Source of the DNA: Paraglomus brasilianum | Lineage: Eukaryota | Length of the DNA: 36,917 nt | Direction of reading: 5' to 3' | Assembly (NCBI GenBank): GCA_910592345.1 | Contig: CAJVPI010000281.1 | Span: 1 to 36,917, forward strand | In this document: in pieces, positions 35,423-36,917 of the stretch | How positions within the stretch are numbered: the stretch's first letter is position 1 | Layout of the letters: the number at the start of each line of letters is the position of its first letter | The notes under the pieces: model-generated | Database searches by the model: none | The model's input: only the letters and a program-made list of their open reading frames with translations | What the model was told of the DNA's origin: nothing | Position numbers and translations under genes: made by a program

Positions 35423-35600
35423 TCAAAAAGTAAGAAGAGTGTAGGATCGAGACGAAAGCGGATTGTGTGTAAAATGACGTATCATGAACGGCTGTAATCT
35501 ACGGAATTGCCATAGCGAAAATACAGCCGAATTGGCAAGTATTAATGACATCACAGTTCGCAATGTTGGCGGGCGAGAGTACCATTCAGTATATATAAAT
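35423..35600 (-). pseudogene. Fragment of a mitochondrial rhomboid protease (PARL/Pcp1-like), first TM region only
   Basis: RTVMSLILANSAVFSLWQFRRLQPFMIRHFTHNPLSSRSYTLLTF* matches the PARL/Pcp1 pattern I..N..VF..W…FM.R.F…P…..TLLTS.FSH but stops before S.FSH. No catalytic GASG or His segment follows. Confidence 0.75.
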
Positions 35601-35864
35601 GTGTAATCTTTGTATTTGGCGATCGAGCGATACATTCACGATGCACGATTTCGAAAATTTTTAGCCGCATTCCCGTTACACTACAGCCGCATGCTTGCAT
35701 ATTTTTCTGGATTTCAGTATTTATTGTCGTCGATATTGACACCTAACATACTAATGACTGATTCTATCACTATGCTGAAAAATTTTTTCACTGTATTAAT
35801 ATGTAGTATTTGTGCATGTATACCTGGTTATACTAGAAAGAAAAAAGGGAATCAACATGTGTTA

Positions 35865-36675
35865 TATCACAGAGCAGCTGAACAAGGAGATGTCAATGCT
35901 CAATATAATCTTGCTGTATGTTATGAAAATGGAACTGGAGTAGAAAGAGATGAGCAAAAAGCAGTTGAATGGTATAAAAAAGCAGCTGAACAAGGAGATG
36001 CCAGGGCTCAATTTAATCTTGCTTTATGTTATAAAAATGGAATTGGAGTAGAAAAAGATGAGCAAAAAGCAGTTGAATGGTATAAAGAAGCGGCTGAACA
36101 AGGAGATGCCATTGCACAATTTAATCTTGCTTTATGCTATGCCAATGGAACTGGAGTAGAAAAAGATGAACAAAAAGCAGTTGAATGGTATAAAAAGGCA
36201 GCTGAACAAGGAGATGCCAGTGCTCAATTTAAGCTTGGTTGGTGTTATGAAAATGGAGTAGAAAAAGATGAACAAAAAGCAGTTGAATGGTATAAAAAAG
36301 CAGCAGAACAAGGATATGCCAGTGCTCAATATAATCTTGCTCTGTGTTATAGAAATGGAACTGGAGTAGAAAAAGATGAACAAAAAGCTGTTGAGCTGTA
36401 TCAGAGTGCAGGGAAACAATTTGTCAGTACAAGTTAAAAGCAGTAGGCATTATAGCAGAATAGCTGGATTAGATAGTGGCATTAATAATGTAACTGACTT
36501 GTGTCAAGCAGAAGCTAAAAAAGGAAACCCTTATTATTATGCTCAATTTGGTTGGTGTTATGAAAATGGAATTGGGGTAGAAGCAGATATTAAAAAGGCA
36601 CTTGAGTTATATGGGGCATGCTGCAACAAAACCAGACAAAGTGAATATTCTGAAATAAGAGGCTGGTGTGGCTGA
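35865..36675 (+). pseudogene. Sel1-like repeat (SLR) protein; five near-identical repeats plus a frameshifted C-terminal segment with a sixth repeat
   Basis: Tandem ~108-bp units AAEQGDxxAQxNLAxCYxNGxGVEKDEQKAVEWYKK, the fourth lacking 2 codons. The frame stops at 36437 while another frame (to 36675) carries AQFGWCYENGIGVEADIKKALELY. No credible start is visible because the upstream ORF part overlaps the rhomboid relic region on the opposite strand. Confidence 0.8.
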
Positions 36676-36917
36676 AATTTAACTAATTTGACTAATACTA
36701 ATGATGTTTTGAAAGTAATTTGGTGCTCATTTATAACTTATGGACTTGTTAACTTTAATGTTCACTTTATCATACCAGAATGTGAGGAATATAAACCATA
36801 ACAGGAGTAATATAGGCCTATCCCTATATAAAAATAAAATATATGAAACTAATTTACATTAAATCCACTATGGAACCAAAGAATTACAGCACTATTAGAA
36901 GTATTTTAAAGAAAGCT

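Noticed and set aside
35610..35864. Hydrophobic N-terminal extension of the Sel1 ORF as a signal/TM region
   Set aside because: It has a non-ATG start, overlaps the rhomboid relic region on the opposite strand and crosses the CpG boundary, so it is probably a chance open frame.

Overview
AT-rich eukaryotic DNA with short spliceosomal introns. The gene content points to an early-diverging fungus, most likely an arbuscular mycorrhizal fungus (Glomeromycotina; inferred from TKL-type kinases with WTSGN..LD.FI / LEWI modules, Sel1 repeats and a BTB protein). Apparently intact genes: a 4-5 exon TKL kinase with repeated N-terminal modules (13131-15764, -), a 3-exon kinase-less paralogue (4627-6110, +), tRNA-Arg(ACG) (21616-21688, +), a single-exon BTB/POZ-like protein (23319-24257, -) and a 7-exon MESH1/HDDC3 HD hydrolase that needs a GC-AG intron (32367-33430, +). 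The rest is largely decayed: a Polinton/Maverick-type packaging ATPase remnant joined to an integrase C-terminal fragment among tightly packed intronless ORF relics (~0.9-2.9 kb), a 5.4-kb TA-flanked block with ~0.85-1.1 kb inverted arms enclosing two inward-facing kinase-family genes (3449-8858), nested MITEs, a Tc1 transposase relic, a rhomboid fragment, a nearly CpG-free frameshifted Sel1 block and several unidentified pseudogenes. All calls come from manual translation and motif recognition; no searches were run.
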